From assembly GCA_963693365.1 (NCBI GenBank), contig CAVNZM010000004.1, positions 2,065,889 through 2,129,888 on the forward strand: DNA of 64,000 nucleotides. The letters run 5' to 3'. Shown in pieces: positions 38,957 to 56,827 of this stretch (position 1 is the stretch's first letter; every line of letters starts with the position of its first letter). The translations under genes and the position numbers were made by a program. Source of the DNA: Amoebidium appalachense. Lineage: Eukaryota; Protista; Ichthyosporea. The notes under the pieces are model-generated. The model saw only the letters and a program-made list of their open reading frames with translations. It ran no database searches and was not told the DNA's origin.

Positions 38957-40609
38957 ATGCACATGTTACACAGCACTATAGTGTTTTTAATTTGCACTTC
39001 CACAAACACATATATGCATACATACACAGTTGTTCCAGGTTGCACCGGTCAACTCCGGAGACCCAGCCGAGTTGGCCGAGCAGATCAAGTTTCGCCGCAC
39101 GACATGGGAGGGCTACATGGCGGTGCACAAGACCAACGGCCTGCCCTGCGGCTGCAAGTACAGCGTGGACCCCGTAACCGGCAACCCGTGGGGCAACTCG
39201 TCGCTCTACCGCATCATGTGCCTGGCCCCCATCTGCACCATCAACGGGTCGTTGATCAAGGAGCGCCTCGGCAAGTTCAAGACCCTCAACGTGGGTCCTC
39301 CCCCCCCCCCCCCCCCCCCCCCCCTTGAGAAACTCATTCTCTTCGGAGGTGTAGGAGCACCCCTAGTGATATTGGGATCTGGCTAACTGTTCCTTGCTTT
39401 GCATATTCCTTGCCGAGATATTTGTTTCTGTTTCTGTTTCTTTTTTTTTTCCCGTTAATTATTATTTTTTTTCTTACTTTTTTTTTTTGTGCAAGTGGGT
39501 CCCCCCCCCCCCCCCCCCCCCCCAAAGAATGTACGCATCAATATGCACACATGATTTACCCACACCCAAACCTGACCCCCTGAAGGTGGGCGGCCCAGCA
39601 ACTTCTTTACCGCATAGTTATACAGTGTAAATTCAACCTTATGTTGGTGTAAATTCTCATCAACCCCCCCCTCTCCCCCCCCCCCCCCCCCCCCCCTCCT
39701 TTCTCAACGTCTCGCACACCTCCCCTATTACACACACACCACTCCCCATTCACACACGCACACACACACACACACACACATACACTTGCACACACACACT
39801 CACACACAGGAATTCCAGAAGGAGTTGTGCCCGACTTGTTCAGCTTCATGCTGCACACGTTCGAGTTTGGGTTGCGTGACCCTGTCGCGCACAAGTCGAG
39901 CACCCACATCAAGTGGTCCGCTGTGGTGTACCACGCCGACCAGCCAGACTACGAGGGCGGGGCCCACCCGGCGGAGATAGCAAGGGTAAGGTTTTTGTGC
40001 AACTATCCAAACGTGTTGTGATGATCTGATCAGCACTATGATGTACTCGAGTGTGTGTTTTGTGTTCATTAGATGCTAATGATATGCCTTCATGGGTCAT
40101 TGTTTCTAAGTAAACGATGCTCTTCAGGTGGTCTACTAGATGTTCCCACATACTTGTAATATGGGATTTATATGGACATGTGGACAGTCTTGTGTATATC
40201 AGTCTTTGAGTTTCCGAGGTAGTATGCATGTTAGAGCTATGACCTTGACTATGTCAAATACATATAAAAATGTTCTCATAACTACACTTCATATTCCCCA
40301 CTAACCTCCCCCTCCCCCCCCCCCCCCCCCCCCCCCCCCTAGAACGTCAAAAACTGGGACAAGATCTCCAAGGCCCGTGACGACCTCACCCCTGAGTTTA
40401 ACCGCCTCATCGAAGACTACCACTTCGGTGATAAGATATTCCCCGACTTTGAGTCCCTGCGCAACCACATCAAGGGCATCGAGTTACGTCAAGACCTCAA
40501 GATGCAACTCCGGAACAACCGTGAACACCGTCCCTCCAAGTCCAGCATGGCATTGAATTTGTTGTATTGCAGTCTCGCTCCTGTGGAACGAGACTTAAAA
40601 AATTTGTAA
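37564..40609 (+). pseudogene. 3' exons of an unknown intron-rich gene with apparent frameshifts; no 5' end nearby
   Basis: GC-rich exons bounded by AG/GT at about 37564-37791, 38284-38552, 39030-39290, 39810-39985 and 40343 onward; frame changes needed in two exons; no family recognised. Confidence 0.55.
37889..38097. repeat. Intronic tandem duplication of ~100 bp
   Basis: gatccctccaatagatccttatatga..tcgtctcgagtattttctgacattcca occurs twice. Confidence 0.85.
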
Positions 40610-40715
40610 CAAGTACTATTGTGAGAAAAAACAAACTGTCAGCGTGGTCTCTGCTCCAGTGGAGCGAGACAAAAAAATACACATGGTATCCGTCTCTGCT
40701 CCTGTGGAGCGAGAC
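40572..40715. repeat. Three 23-24-bp palindromes gtctc(t)gctccwgtggagcgagac
   Basis: Copies at 40572-40594, 40647-40670 and 40692-40715. Confidence 0.85.
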
Positions 40716-42795
40716 ACAAAGAAACATTTTTATATGCTCTTCATACTGTCTGATGTCATATTGTATGTGTCCTTACATTGGTTTTATGACATATGATATA
40801 TGTGTTGTAATACGTAGTATCTACATATTGTAAGATCTTCTCAGTTCGTGTTATGTTTTCGTTCATTTACTTAGTGTAAAAGATGCGTTCCTTGTACGTA
40901 AATTATGACATCGATCTCCAGTGTGTTCGAATACTTGTAATCGTGCTGTGTCGGCTATATTCGTGTGTTTAGATATCGATGTAATTACAGCAACTGATTA
41001 TAGGTACACGAGTCTACCCAGTGAGGGAGAAACGTGTACATGTTTGTGTGTACATGAATATCTTTAGTTGTTGCTGTGCTATGAATATCATCGTGTTTGT
41101 TGATATGTGTTCTTTTCTCTTTTCTCTTTCTCCTTCTATCTTTTCATTTCCTTTTCTCCTTTATCTTCATGTGCGTGATCATCTTTCTTTCTTACTAATA
41201 TATGTTGAGTGGATTCGTGTTGCTTAGTATGTGTTGATTGGACGACCACACACTTAGGCTACACTTAGTTTGACACGTGTGATCACAGCTCTTTAATTTA
41301 CTTTAGTTTTCATGTGTTGCCGGGCTGTGACCAATCAACAGGGTTAGTGCTGTTGTACCTGTGTCTTTGCAGTGCTTGATAGGTTAGAAATATGCACGAC
41401 AGCTCCCTCGTTCCTCGTTGTCTCAACACCTCGATACTAGGTAGTGGCTGTGACCTATCGTGTGTATTCCCGCCTGCCAGATCTGTCCTTAAACAATCAG
41501 TTCATAGTGATTGGTTTGTTTTACACCTGGATCTGATTTCCGACTGGTCAGAAATCACATACCAATTTGACTTAGCTATTTCTCAAGTATATATATACGA
41601 AATCAATCCATTTATTTCCGAATCGTCAGTCGTGTCTAAACATTGATGTCTGTTGTGTACACTGCTCCGATCGTTCCGTGTTTTGTTGTTGTGTGTCTGT
41701 GGTGTTTTCACACTGCACCACTGTGTCTCTGCTTCCGTACCAAATACTTACATAATTTTACAATATGATATCATTATCATACCTGGAACGCGCCGTTATG
41801 CATGTAAGGATGGGTTTATGACGTACCAAAAGCACATTGTGCATGTGCATAGCACACTCTTACAACATATGCAAGTGTACGCCGGTTACGACGTCAAATG
41901 TATTATAATATGTTTCATCTACATTATCTATCGTAACGTCCTCCTATGCATCTGTTTACAACATCGAAATGTGATCTGTAGTAGGGTGCAAATCACATCT
42001 AATGATAGGTCATGGGTTAGCACAAACCCACCCATGGTATATCCACTGGTTGTGTTTCGGATGTTAGAAAGGGCGTCTTACCGATTGGTTTTCGCTATAT
42101 TTTTACTATTCACTCGATGGTTTTGCAGTGCTCCATTGTATTGCTTTACAACAAACTATAGATATACATGGGATACTAGTCAACAGTATGCAATCAAGAT
42201 GCCGGTATTGTTACCATACACTCGACGTGTTTGCAGTGCTCCATTGTATGGCATGGCATCAAACCCTCTACATGCATAAGATAATCAACAGTATGAAATC
42301 AAGATGGCATTCTGATCCTCTAGCAAACGGTATTACAACTGTCTAAATGCCCCCTAGTCACCGTCATATACCCACCGAATGGACGTCGTATGGCGGATCC
42401 ATTGCTTGTCGACTGTATGTATACATTGCACATCCATTGCACATCCACACGCGGGATCCTATGCACATCCATTGGTGCATCGGGTATCGGCTCGAGCATA
42501 GTCCGACATATCCATTGGACGTCGACGAGCAATGAGATGTATTCGGGGTTAGTTTTAGACTTTGTTTGGAGGGAGTTAACCCGTATGTGTGCCTTGGGGA
42601 AGGAGGAAAGCCTATGTAATTTGAAGGGAGTTTACATGTATTTGTGTCTGAGCCCGGATGTGTGCACTGTGTGTGTGTGTGTGTGTGTGCGTGTCAGTGT
42701 GGGTGTGACTTGTACATGTAACGTGTGTCCTAAAAGTAAGACAATGCCTCCCCACAACAAATATATTCGATTACTCATGAATGTTCTGTTTGCAG

Positions 42796-48070
<5,275 letters not shown>

Positions 48071-48377
48071 GTACGTCCCATCCCCCATTCCCCCCCCCCC
48101 CCATCCCCCCCCCCCCCCCCCACCGGGGAGGTGCCCTGTCCCATGCCCCCTTCAGCCCCCCCCTCACCCCCCCCCCCCCCCTCGGGTCCACTTTGAACTC
48201 TGCCTTCCCCTTCTCATTGCCTGTCTTCCTCTCGAAGTCTCTCCAAAGACGTCTACTGTGATAACTCTCAATCCTCCCCTCCCCACCTCCTCTCCTCCCA
48301 ATACTTCTTCTGCCATAACCCTAACTGATCTACCGAACGGAAAATCAGCAACTACTCTGCCTACCAAGACTGACTTT

Positions 48378-48415
<38 letters not shown>

Positions 48416-48586
48416 GGAGCTACCACCATCTTTATATGGCAATGTCGCCCAATCTCAAATCAAGGTGCACGTACCATATGTACGAAGAGCCTGATATGAT
48501 GTTGTCCATACGACATACAAATGACGTCATATTATCGTCACACCATGAAAATCAGACATGGACCCTGACTGAGCTACTGTGTGCAG

Positions 48587-49009
48587 GTAACGGCAATAGA
48601 CCACGACGACAGGGGATTGGCCTGGCTGCAAGCCACAGCCAATCGGATGGACTTGCAATTCGACACTGCTTGTGTCGCCGTTACAGATGTAAAAATCCCC
48701 CCCCCCCCCCCCCCCCCCCCCCCCCACCCCCCCGGGAGGCCCCCGTGTTATCAATATTGTTATTATGATTTTTGTTTGTTTTTTCCCTGGTTTTTGTATT
48801 TTTATGACATTTTATGTTTTGTCTTTTGATGTTTCCACTCGCATATCTCCAAACCTCTAATATATACATCCCTTCCCCTCAACCCACATCCCCACCACCC
48901 CACCCACTCACGCAACAATGAATTGGGCAACCCCCCCCGTTTATATGTCCTTGGTAAACATAGCCGGCATTGCATACTCTATAGTGATTGCTTTACTTCC
49001 CCCCCCCCC

Positions 49010-49055
<46 letters not shown>

Positions 49056-49487
49056 AAAAAAAAAAAAGAAAAAGAAAAAAAAGAAGAAAAAAAAACTGTG
49101 CACAGACAACCAAATGAGTGGAACAGAGAAGCATTCAGTTCCAGAATATCCCCCCCCCCCCCCCCCCCCCCCCCCTCCCCCCGCGCCCCCCGCGTTTGAA
49201 TGGTTACCACCATTGGCCTCCTTTGTAGTACGAGAAGTTTGCTGTTCGAATTACCAGTGTTTACTAGAATCCCTCGGCACCTAGGCAAGTATTGCCCTGT
49301 GGCACACAATCATAGATACCACTTACCAGCCACTGTGCCCAGCCCACTTGATGAAAGATGGCGCTGCATCTAACCACCAACTGTGTGCCCACCAGGCCCA
49401 GGCAGTGACACGGCTTGTAGGAACCCATGGTCCCTTTGACGTGGTCCTGTGTGTACGTTTTTTTGAACGCCCTTTCCTGCCCTTGGT

Positions 49488-49534
<47 letters not shown>

Positions 49535-50182
49535 CCCCCCACCCCACAACAACAACAACAAAAACAGCAACCTTTTTTTATGTGTGGGATGCACTCTACG
49601 TTGCTTTGTCCGTCATAAATGTGTACTGTGTCCTTTAAACGTTCCAACCCCCCCCCCCCCCCCCCCCCCCCCCCTTCCCCCCCTTCCCCCCCCCCCCCCC
49701 CCCCCCCCCACACACACACATACACACACACATCCCTTCCCGGTACTCTGTTACACACACTACCCCGTTTACCTTTCTCCCTCCCTCCCCCCCCGCCCCT
49801 CCCCCCCCCCCCCACACACACACACACGCATATGGGCACGTGCTACATTCCCCTGCCCTTTCTCCTTTATTTTTCTTCAAGCTTGGGGAGAACTCTTATC
49901 TATTGGTGTGCACATCTACAGCGGAATATACACGTACTCGGTTTGTGATTCGAAGTCTACGAAGCAGGGATATGTCGAGATCCAGAAAATATCGCATGAA
50001 AGAGCCCGCACCCTCAGGTGCATGAATGGTATATATATCTCCCACTCATTCACCCTTTTTTCTCCGACACCTTGGCAGATATGCAGCATGCTGTCGCCAG
50101 GGGGCTATGTTGTCTATCAACATTTTGTCGACGGTGTGCACCACTCAACCGTTGGGAGGCCTAGCAACCCCATGGCAACTAG

Positions 50183-50214
<32 letters not shown>

Positions 50215-50232
50215 CCCCTCCCACCACCACCA

Positions 50233-50290
<58 letters not shown>

Positions 50291-50900
50291 TCTCCCCCTC
50301 TCCCTGCCTTTTTAAAGAAAAAAGAAACCCCCCCCAAAGAAAAAAATGCGCTTCTGAAGATTCTACATTTGACCACCGTGTCTTTGAGATTAAATCTGAG
50401 CACCCACAATTGCATACCGACTCCACTTGCACACACACGCACACACACACACTGACGCACACATATCGCACAAGAACTCGCAAACACCATGTAGACGCGG
50501 TCGACTTGCCTTTCTTATCTCTGCTCCAGACTCTGCTCCCGAATGCCCACTCCGGATCCCCTGCTTCTTTGCATGTTCGTCTTCGCACCTATCTAACGTA
50601 TTGTCATGTGGTCTCTGTACAACCTACCACCGGGTACCAAATCCCCCCCCCCCCCCCCCCCCCACCACCACACACACACACACACCTCCACACCCACACC
50701 GGTTTTCTCATTCTTACAACCCTGTTTCTCCTTAACAGCACATAGTCGGCAAGGGCGAGTTTGAGGATGTGTTGTGCCGGCAGGGGGGGCTTATGTGTGT
50801 GAGCAGCACCATAGATCTCCTTGCCGATGGTCGGCCCGTGTGCAACTTTGTCGCCCGAAAAGCACCGTCAATCGACCCATCTCGGGCTCAAAGTAAATGA
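48587..50900 (+). CDS. 3' half of a class I SAM-dependent methyltransferase (TehB-like); motif I not found
   Basis: Exons VTAIDHDDRGL, GPFDVVLCVRFFERPFLPL, ICSMLSPGGYVVYQHF..GRP, DLLADGRPVCNFVARK..stop at 50900. Confidence 0.7.
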
Positions 50901-51061
50901 TCATTCGCATGTATGATATCCCCCCGTTGCTAACACACGTGTTGTTTGCCAGTGATTACATAGCAGCACTTCATGGTGGATGATCAAAACTCCTTCCCCC
51001 CCCCCCCCCCCACCCCCTCCCCCACAAAACACGCACACCACCACCACCACCACCACCACCA

Positions 51062-51142
<81 letters not shown>

Positions 51143-51149
51143 AAAGGCC

Positions 51150-51700
51150 TAGAAGCTCCTGTGCTGTGTGTGGGTTTCGCAGTACGAGTGCTTGTGTGAT
51201 GGTGGTTGGACCCGGGGTATTGTCATAGGAAAAGGGGGAGATTAAAAGGCTGGAAGAATAAGAGCCGTAGTAAGTCACGCACGTTTTAGGACGCAGTCAA
51301 GTAGCAGTCAAGCATGGGTAACTGGGAAAGAAGCAGCAAACATTCACTGTGTGAACGTGATGCGCGTTGACAGACGTCTGCAATAAAGATGGCCAATGCC
51401 ATGGATGTTAGCCAGGGTTGCTTGAAAATATCCGTATGCTTCTGTTTACTGTTTCTGGGCAAATGTGCCTTGGCCAAGTCTGTGTTCGATTAATATACGC
51501 AGTACACGAAAGATCTAATCTATTTAGAGCGCTTACGCGAACAGACATCCTTGGTGTAGAGAATAACTATGCGCCTCATGCGCTAGATATCCTCTTGCAC
51601 TTGGGCGATGAACGGTTCCTACTACTAGAATGCTCAGAAGTTCATCTTCCTTTTTTTGCCCTTCTCTTAATTCTCACTTTTACGTTGGCCCTGTCGCCAA
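51150..51700 (-). pseudogene. Possible heavily decayed Ty3/gypsy integrase remnant
   Basis: Weak motifs LREGQKKED, FIADVCQRA..LLSQLP, FSYDNTPG. Confidence 0.3.
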
Positions 51701-51973
51701 TATTAGCCAGCGTACACTGTACTCCTCTAATATGCGGCATTTCTTTAAATGAGGAGAAACCCCGTCGCAACTAACATCTAAAAAACTGCGCTAACAGGTG
51801 ACATAAGGCTCTATACAGGCCTTGGTAATACAGCATTTGTCAGTTACACACCCCATATTGTCGTTGGGGCCAGAGGCCCTTTCTATTCTGCATACGGTGC
51901 GGCGGTGCCCATTTCGCACAGGGTTGGAAGGGGGAGGGTGGTCACCGGGGCGTTTTTTGGGCGGGGGAAGGTG

Positions 51974-52477
51974 TTGGATTGGGCGATGGACTTGGTAAGG
52001 GTCGAATCGAATCGCGAAGGGCCGCCAGGCCCGGAGCCCGGAGCACGGCGCCCGGCCCGCGCGGGGTCTGGGGGGACGGGGTCCGGGGGGACGGCGTGGG
52101 GCAGGGCGGCCCGGGTCTGGGGGGACGGGGTCTGGGGGGACGGGGTGGAGTGGATGATCCACTCCACCCCGTCCCCCCAGACCCCGTCCCCCCAGACCCG
52201 GGCCGCCCTGCCCCACGCCGTCCCCCCGGACCCCGTCCCCCCAGACCCCGCGCGGGCCGGGCGCCGTGCTCCGGGCTCCGGGCCTGGCGGCCCTTCGCGA
52301 CTCCACCCCGTCCCCCCAGACCCCGTCCCCCCAGACCCGGGCCGCCCTGCCCCACGCCGTCCCCCCGGACCCCGTCCCCCCAGACCCCGCGCGGGCCGGG
52401 CGCCGTGCTCCGGGCTCCGGGCCTGGCGGCCCTTCGCGATTCGATTCGACCCTTACCAAGTCCATCGCCCAATCCAA
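51974..52477. repeat. GC-rich fold-back palindrome, axis at 52156, with a 139-bp tandem duplication in the right arm
   Basis: 52012-52155 is the reverse complement of 52157-52300; 52162-52300 is repeated at 52301-52439; 51974-52011 pairs with 52440-52477. Confidence 0.95.
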
Positions 52478-52659
52478 TATTGGACTAGTCACGTGGCCTG
52501 GTAACTTTAAGATCACACCACACCAAACCATCTCCGATCCGATCGCGATCAATCTATTTCCCACTTCCCACTTTGCCCACTTAAAAATTGAAAAAGAGAA
52601 AAAAAAAGAGACAAAACAAACGATACAGCATTACCCACTTTTAAGTGGGAAAGTGGCCA

Positions 52660-53010
52660 GAGAGAGAGAGAGAGAGAGAAGAGAGAGAGAGAAAAAAGCT
52701 AAGTCTACACGAGAGAGAGAGAGAGAAGAGAGAGAGAAAAAAGCTAAGTCTACACGAGAGAGAGAGAGAGAAAAAAGCTAAGTCTACACGAGCTAAGTCT
52801 TGACCCGGGCAGGGGGGGGCAGGGGGGGGGGGGCAGGTGAGGCAGGGGGGGGCACGTGAGGCAGGGGGGGCACGTGAGGCAGGAGGGGCAGGGGGGGCAG
52901 GTGAGGCAGGGGGGGCACGTGAGGCAGGGGGGGCACGTGAGGCAGGAGGGGCACGCGAGGCAGGGGGCACGCGAGGCAGGGGGCACGTGAGGCACGTGAG
53001 GCAGGGGGGC
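52660..53010. repeat. Subterminal tandem repeats: (ag)n-aaaaaagctaagtctacacg x3, then ~18-bp ggggggcacgtgaggcag x~10
   Basis: Directly visible. Confidence 0.85.
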
Positions 53011-53190
53011 CGGGGGCCGGGGGGGGGGGTTTATTTAGAAACAGGGATCTGTATATACTTCACGGGGGTTTATTTTAGCATACAATACGGGTATAACAAT
53101 TCCCAACCCACATATTCTGATCAGCATCAATGATCTAAATTCGAGCATATAAATTCCAAAAGGTGAGTGTCGGTTTTTTCTATATACAGG

Positions 53191-54282
53191 TCATTCATCC
53201 TCGGTATGATCGGATTGTGCATTCATATTTGGACGGAAAAGGAGAGAGGGACGAGATGTGTTATGGTACACAACCAGAGATACACCATTGTCGTCATCAC
53301 CACTATTTTCACTTTCACTTTCGCTTTCACTTTCACTCTCATCACCTGACTCGCAATAGGCCAATGTACGCACACGTTCCAAACGCACATGTTCCTCCAA
53401 AGACTCCATCTCCACATACAAAGCAAGAGCATCACCACCACCATCACCACCCAAATCGTCACAACTACTCTTACGTCGTTTGACGGAGTCGCCAGAACCG
53501 CGTCGGCGAGGCAGACCACAACCAAAATGACACTCTTTCGGCTCGACGTTGTGATATCGCTTCAGACGCTGTTCGTTGTTGTACACGTCGCTTGTGAGTT
53601 TGGATTTCTGTGCCTGTAGCACTTTAATCTGACGAGAAAGGGCCCCAATCTCGTCCTTCTTCTGGGCATTCACGGCGGAGGTAAGGGCATACAAATACGA
53701 ATACTCGGCCAACACACAACTGAAAACCTTCTTGTCTTCATCGGTCACAGGCCACGGGTCTTGGTCGTATAGAGCACTGTCACGATATGTCATGAACGCG
53801 ATGCATTTGCCAACAACGTCATCCCAATCAGCTTTGTAGGAGCGATGTACTTCGACGTCGGGAGAAAAAATAGAATCGGCATCGATTTTTTTCAAACACA
53901 ACCGGAAGTCACGAACACCAATTGTTGCTATACCAGATGTGTCGAGGGTGAGATGTGCACAAACGTCGAGCAACTTATCCAACAAAAAATCATATTCGTC
54001 AATCGAATCGACGACAGTTTCGTTAGTCACCGCGAGGACCTGTGCGTGACGCCACAATCTGGCAAGGGAAGGCAGGGAAATCCGCATGTGGCTTTGCATG
54101 CTCGGGTCACGCTTGTGGGAGGGTCTTGTTTCCAGTGCATCAAAGAAATCAATAATAACCCGAAAAGTCCCGGAGACACGAGCATAGCGAATAGAAGCCA
54201 TTGTGAACCCGTTAACACGAACGATTCCAAACGGGCTTAAAAACACAATCAAACACCGAAATTTTGTGTCGCTACATGTCAC
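53191..54282 (-). CDS. Orphan viral protein with coiled coil, basic KRRK motif and acidic tail
   Basis: 363-codon intronless ORF (start may be the ATG near 54201). Confidence 0.7.
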   Translation of the reverse strand: MTCSDTKFRCLIVFLSPFGIVRVNGFTMASIRYARVSGTFRVIIDFFDALETRPSHKRDPSMQSHMRISLPSLARLWRHAQVLAVTNETVVDSIDEYDFLLDKLLDVCAHLTLDTSGIATIGVRDFRLCLKKIDADSIFSPDVEVHRSYKADWDDVVGKCIAFMTYRDSALYDQDPWPVTDEDKKVFSCVLAEYSYLYALTSAVNAQKKDEIGALSRQIKVLQAQKSKLTSDVYNNEQRLKRYHNVEPKECHFGCGLPRRRGSGDSVKRRKSSCDDLGGDGGGDALALYVEMESLEEHVRLERVRTLAYCESGDESESESESESENSGDDDNGVSLVVYHNTSRPSLLFRPNMNAQSDHTEDE

Positions 54283-54549
54283 GGTTCGTAGACGATGGAA
54301 AACAGAAAAAAAAATCTCTTCTAAAAAAAGGACGCTTAAAACACGGCTCGTTCACGATGGAAAACAGAAAAAAAGTCTCTTCTAAAAAAGGACGCTTACA
54401 ACACGGCTCGTTCACGATGGAAAACAGAAAAAAAGTCTCTTCTAAAAAAGGACGCTTACAACACGGCTCGTTCACGATGGAAAACAGAAAAAAAGTCTCT
54501 TCTAAAAAAGGACGCTTACAACACGGCTCGTTCACGATGGAAAACAGAA
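54280..54549. repeat. 60-bp tandem repeat, ~4.4 copies
   Basis: cacggctcgttcacgatggaaaacagaaaaaaagtctcttctaaaaaaggacgcttacaa. Confidence 0.95.
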
Positions 54550-54862
54550 GGCTTCTGCGACGCGAAGAGTCCTTATAAACATCTGCATTAGCGCAACCAC
54601 CAAAACGAACCAATGCGCATCACGTAGGGTTCAACTCAGCAGAAACATAGCCAATTAAAACAATGCTTTAATTTCGCTTGGCCAATTAAAGGGCTCGCCT
54701 TTCACGTTTTTTGGAGTGATTATTTCGTCTGGCCAATCAAGTGGCCTCGCGTTTCGCTTTGCAAAAAAAAAAATAAAGTTCGCCGAGTGAACAACCAACC
54801 AAACCACGCAAAAAGCACGCCACCACACATGCTTCCCATTATGGTGATTACCGCGGCGTTCG

Positions 54863-55056
54863 GGACCAATCAGATCAGCGGTCAAACCACGCGAACCAAT
54901 CAGATCAACGGTCAAACCGGATGGACCAATCAGATCAACGGTCAAAACACACAAACCAATTAGATCAGCGGTCAAACCGGGCGGACTAATCAGATCAGAG
55001 GTCATACCGGGCGGACCAATTAGATCAGCGGTCAAACCGGGCGGACCAACCAGATC
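54863..55056. promoter_or_regulatory. 30-bp tandem array (~6.5 copies), most units with a CCAAT box
   Basis: ggaccaatcagatcagcggtcaaaccgggc consensus, between divergent ORFs; regulatory role inferred. Confidence 0.6.
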
Positions 55057-55138
55057 CGATTTAGATACGGATCGATAAAAAAAGGCCCAGGCGGTGCTGT
55101 GAAGGGTCGTATCGCGCGACAGACACAGGCTTCCTCTT

Positions 55139-55790
55139 TTTATTGGTACAAGTGCACAATGTGGCCTTGGGTAGTCGCGTCCGCCATCTCATTCGTCCTG
55201 TTCTGGTTGACGCTGATATCATGTGACGTTCATAGAATAAACAGATCACTGAAGCAAAAAACCGGGTCCCACCCAATACTGGACCCATTATGCGACAACT
55301 TCATGATTCGCTGGCTGTGGATACTGTTGCCACTAATGCTTGCATATACATACACCACATCCACACAATTCACCGAGACGGAAACCGCACAGAAAATACT
55401 TTCAGGTGCTACACCCGTATCAACTTGAAACGACCCACCCCTTTGAAAGGTGGATCCCACCAGGGCTCTCACTTGGCAATCACCACGACTTCCGGTACAC
55501 GAGACTGTGTTTTTGTCAAAACACCGACGAGTTCACCGACATTCCAACATATATCTGGAATCGACAGGCTGCTCGCCAACGCGTTCACAACAAAGCGGCT
55601 TTTTTGATCCACTCCACATACTTGTGTAATCAAATCACTCGTCGCGGAAAGAACCACAGTCCCAGAGTGAGCACGCGCGCTGCGCAGCATGTTGTCTAAC
55701 CGCCCGCGATCTCCCACGTACCAATAACACCCTGGGTTGTACACTTCCACGTCCATTTCACAAGGAAAAAGATTAAATTGACACGACTGA
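55139..55790 (+). pseudogene. Degenerate membrane/secreted protein gene(s)
   Basis: MWPWVVASAISFVLFWL and MIRWLWILLPLML hydrophobic starts followed by stops and frameshifts. Confidence 0.4.
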
Positions 55791-55954
55791 CCAACGATCA
55801 CTGGGTTTTATTGTTTATCAATATACAAATGACATTCCTCCAAAAATAGCGGATACAGTGCCACCGGTGACCAGTCACCTGCATTTATTAGGACGAAACC
55901 CACAAGACCCCAAGCGGGCCTGTCCGCGGAGGACAAATCCACGGCAAGCCGTCT

Positions 55955-56827
55955 TCAAAGTGCGTGTCCTACATGGCCTGAGTTGTTCCACGGTGTCGGT
56001 CCTCTACGCAGGCTGCGAGGCAGGCCGAAGAACTCGGTTGTGCGGTTGCGGGCGTGGACGGTGTCCAACACGGCGTCCCTTAGCGGCAGACCCGCGTTCT
56101 CGACCTGGACGTTGACCCGCTCAAAGAACGGGTCGAGCCACTCGGAGGCCCAGTCGTCAAGCGCGGTGGTGAAGTCTTGAGCGGCCACAGCGCCGGGGGC
56201 CATCGAAACGGGGGCACCGTGCTCGATCCCGACGCGGTAGGCACCCTCTTGCAGGGTGGACGGAGGCGCGGCAGGGGATGGGGTAGTGCATACGACGTTC
56301 TCAAACAGGAGGCTGGGCATGACCCAGTAGGGTTTCCTGGAGATGGCAGGCGCCACACCATCGACTTCATCCAAGTTGGGATCCCCAAAAACGTTCCAGA
56401 AAACCCATCCGTCTCTGGTCGGCTTGGTGGCGTATACGGGGGGCCGTCGTTCACATCTGTAACCATACCCCATGCCGGCCTCGCTGTCGCTGAGCGTGGT
56501 GTCGAATTCATAGTAGTATTCGCTGAGGGTCGGGTCGGTAACGGGGTGTCCGGGCTTGTACAGTTTGATGTAGCCGCGCATGGAACGTTCGTCGCGCTCA
56601 TAACGAGTCATGCCATTTACACCAACACTCTGGACACTGATCTGTCCGTTTGACAGAATGGGAATAGCCACCCTGTGTGCGTGGTCCCATCTCGACTCAA
56701 TTAGGCACGACCAATCCCGGCCATTGGCCGTGGATTCTGTAACGCATTCAAATTTGCGGTCTAGGTACCTCGTGAACTCGTCCTCCGTGGCGATGCGGGT
56801 CAGTTCCATGCGCACCGGCATTTTCAT
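55955..56827 (-). CDS. Orphan viral protein, 290 aa
   Basis: Intronless ATG ORF, CCAAT-rich upstream, AATAAA downstream. Confidence 0.75.
   Translation of the reverse strand: MKMPVRMELTRIATEDEFTRYLDRKFECVTESTANGRDWSCLIESRWDHAHRVAIPILSNGQISVQSVGVNGMTRYERDERSMRGYIKLYKPGHPVTDPTLSEYYYEFDTTLSDSEAGMGYGYRCERRPPVYATKPTRDGWVFWNVFGDPNLDEVDGVAPAISRKPYWVMPSLLFENVVCTTPSPAAPPSTLQEGAYRVGIEHGAPVSMAPGAVAAQDFTTALDDWASEWLDPFFERVNVQVENAGLPLRDAVLDTVHARNRTTEFFGLPRSLRRGPTPWNNSGHVGHAL

Noticed and set aside
40572-40715. Mini-CRISPR
   Set aside because: Only three units with very unequal spacers and no cas genes; kept as palindromic repeats
51791-52781. Long ORFs across the palindrome
   Set aside because: Stop-poor GC-rich repeat sequence open in most frames
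54280-55056. CRISPR-like arrays
   Set aside because: Head-to-tail tandem units without unique spacers; no cas genes; eukaryotic context
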